Assembly (NCBI GenBank): GCA_001179505.1
Contig: CDMY01000193.1
Location: 1 to 64,000 of the forward strand
Direction of reading: 5' to 3'
Origin: Vitrella brassicaformis CCMP3155
Taxonomy: Eukaryota; Protista; Chromerida
Length of the DNA: 64,000 nucleotides
Shown here: positions 62,656 through 64,000 of the stretch, in pieces
How the letters are laid out: every line of letters begins with the position of its first letter
Position numbering within the stretch: the stretch's first letter is position 1
Notes under the pieces: model-generated
Databases searched by the model: none
Told to the model about the DNA's origin: nothing
The model's input: only the letters and a program-made list of their open reading frames with translations
Program-made: the position numbers and the translations under genes

Positions 62656-62953
62656 CGAGGAGACCAAGTCACTATGTCCGTGTATCCATGCGTGTGTGTA
62701 TATCAACAAGGCCAAACTGCTCTTCACAGCCACACACGCACAAACCACGACTGACACGTAAATGGCATATATGGCTGACCATACATCGGACAGACAAACA
62801 CACTATGACACGACTCGCTTGGCCGCCGTCGGCCAACAGAAACACGCGCAGCACCGCACCCAAACGCACAACCGACCAAGCCAGCCAGCCAGCCAGCCAG
62901 ACAGACAGACAGACAGACAGCAGACAGACAGACGGGCACGGACTCGAAGTACG

Positions 62954-63372
62954 TCAGCAGCGCAGCAGCCGTGTGCAGTAGTAGGTCCTGTCATCGCAGT
63001 TCCCCCAGCAATGAGAGCAATGCTCCTTACTCGCCAGGCACTCCTCCTGCGTCTCGCACTGTATGCCCATGGTTTGGCTATCAGCCCAATGATTCCAGCA
63101 CGATAGACGGCGACGGCTGCCGGCACCATTTCTCTGCTCGGGACATCCGAGAAGTCGATCGTGTCGGATAGAGAAGCCGCATCGCCCTCTATCTGCATGT
63201 GGTGCCGAGCCTCTACCTCCTCCTCAGATGGGATCGGGAGGATGGTGGGCCTCCCATTCATGTGAGCGCCGTTTCCCCATCCGGGCGGCGCGCTCATGAC
63301 CTGGCACCTCACGTCGACGGGCAGACACAGGGCCAGGACGGGCACCAGCAACGCGGACCGGCGGGCCACCAT
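62954..63372 (-). CDS. Small secreted pre-pro-peptide with 8-cysteine mature domain (not shown in the ORF track)
   Basis: Signal peptide MVARRSALLVPVLALCLPVDVRC; an 83-nt GT-AG intron (63134-63216) or a 1-nt frameshift joins it to NGAGSRRRLSCWNHWADSQTMGIQCETQEECLASKEHCSHCWGNCDDRTYYCTRLLRC*. Confidence 0.7.
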
Positions 63373-64000
63373 GATGCTGTTGCTGCGATGAAGGAGCGCG
63401 GGAGGCGAGCGGCAGGCGACTGCGGGGGCAGATCGCGACTGGCTCCCCCTTGGTCGCTGCTGCTTGGAGCCGCTCCGACTACAGGAAAGTTTCGACGAGT
63501 GCCGACGAGGAGTGCAGCCAGGCCGATGCACGCATGTGCTCGAAGACACGAGAGTGCGCATAAACATTCGAGCGCACACTTGCTCTCCGTGACCTCTCGC
63601 CGGACCCTCGATCAAATCATGTAAATGTAAAAGCAAAAGGAGCTCTTGATGCTTCATTTATACATTCTTCATGATGGCCGTGTACACGAAGAATCATGTA
63701 CACGAATGTATGCAAAAAGACTCTTTCCCACCTGCTGGCCGGTACGGTCACCGACGTCAACTCATCACACACACGGCCACCACGGCCAAATCAGCATGAA
63801 AGCACCATCGACTTGCAATCCCGGAGTTTGTTGACTCTGTGTTCGCACGCGGGAGCCGCCATGTGTGCATCCGGGTGGGGGGCAATGCGACGCTGATTCG
63901 GCAACAGCATGAAACTCCTCTCATGCCATGCATGTCAGTCATCGCACACACACATATCACTCACTCTGTCAGTCAGTCCACATGTCTGCATGTCAGACCT

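Overview
Gene-dense, GC-rich eukaryotic nuclear DNA with many short (~50-130 nt) GT-AG introns full of (GT)n/(CA)n/(GACA)n microsatellites, plus one 300-N assembly gap. A complex-plastid ASA-F targeting signal, a 37-aa heptatricopeptide-repeat protein and the intron style point to a photosynthetic alveolate, most likely a chromerid such as Vitrella (inference, not a database result). About 18 protein genes were reconstructed by hand from spliced ORF pieces, so exon boundaries are approximate: SNM1-type nuclease, a double GH3 glycosidase with PAN/Apple modules, a ~14-domain Kazal protein and a short inverted paralogue, a large RGG/acidic-repeat protein, VKOR, a CAP-EF-hand-GPI protein, GH17-Sushi, SDHAF2, a type I membrane protein, LRR-RING, a coiled-coil protein, an M3 peptidase, TBCK, a GMC oxidoreductase, a thylakoid-lumen FKBP, an HPR protein and a small secreted 8-Cys pre-pro-peptide. 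Two tRNA-Gly genes (CCC and TCC) sit in a 433-bp palindrome. The strongest leads are: (1) a recurring RxL(Q) motif that punctuates the Kazal protein and precedes the Cys-rich peptide, suggesting PEXEL/TEXEL-like polyprotein processing; (2) the tRNA palindrome with a swapped, compensated anticodon arm; (3) transcript-oriented complementary (AC)n...(GT)n repeats at intron ends; (4) a TBCK whose two GAP catalytic fingers are both substituted.
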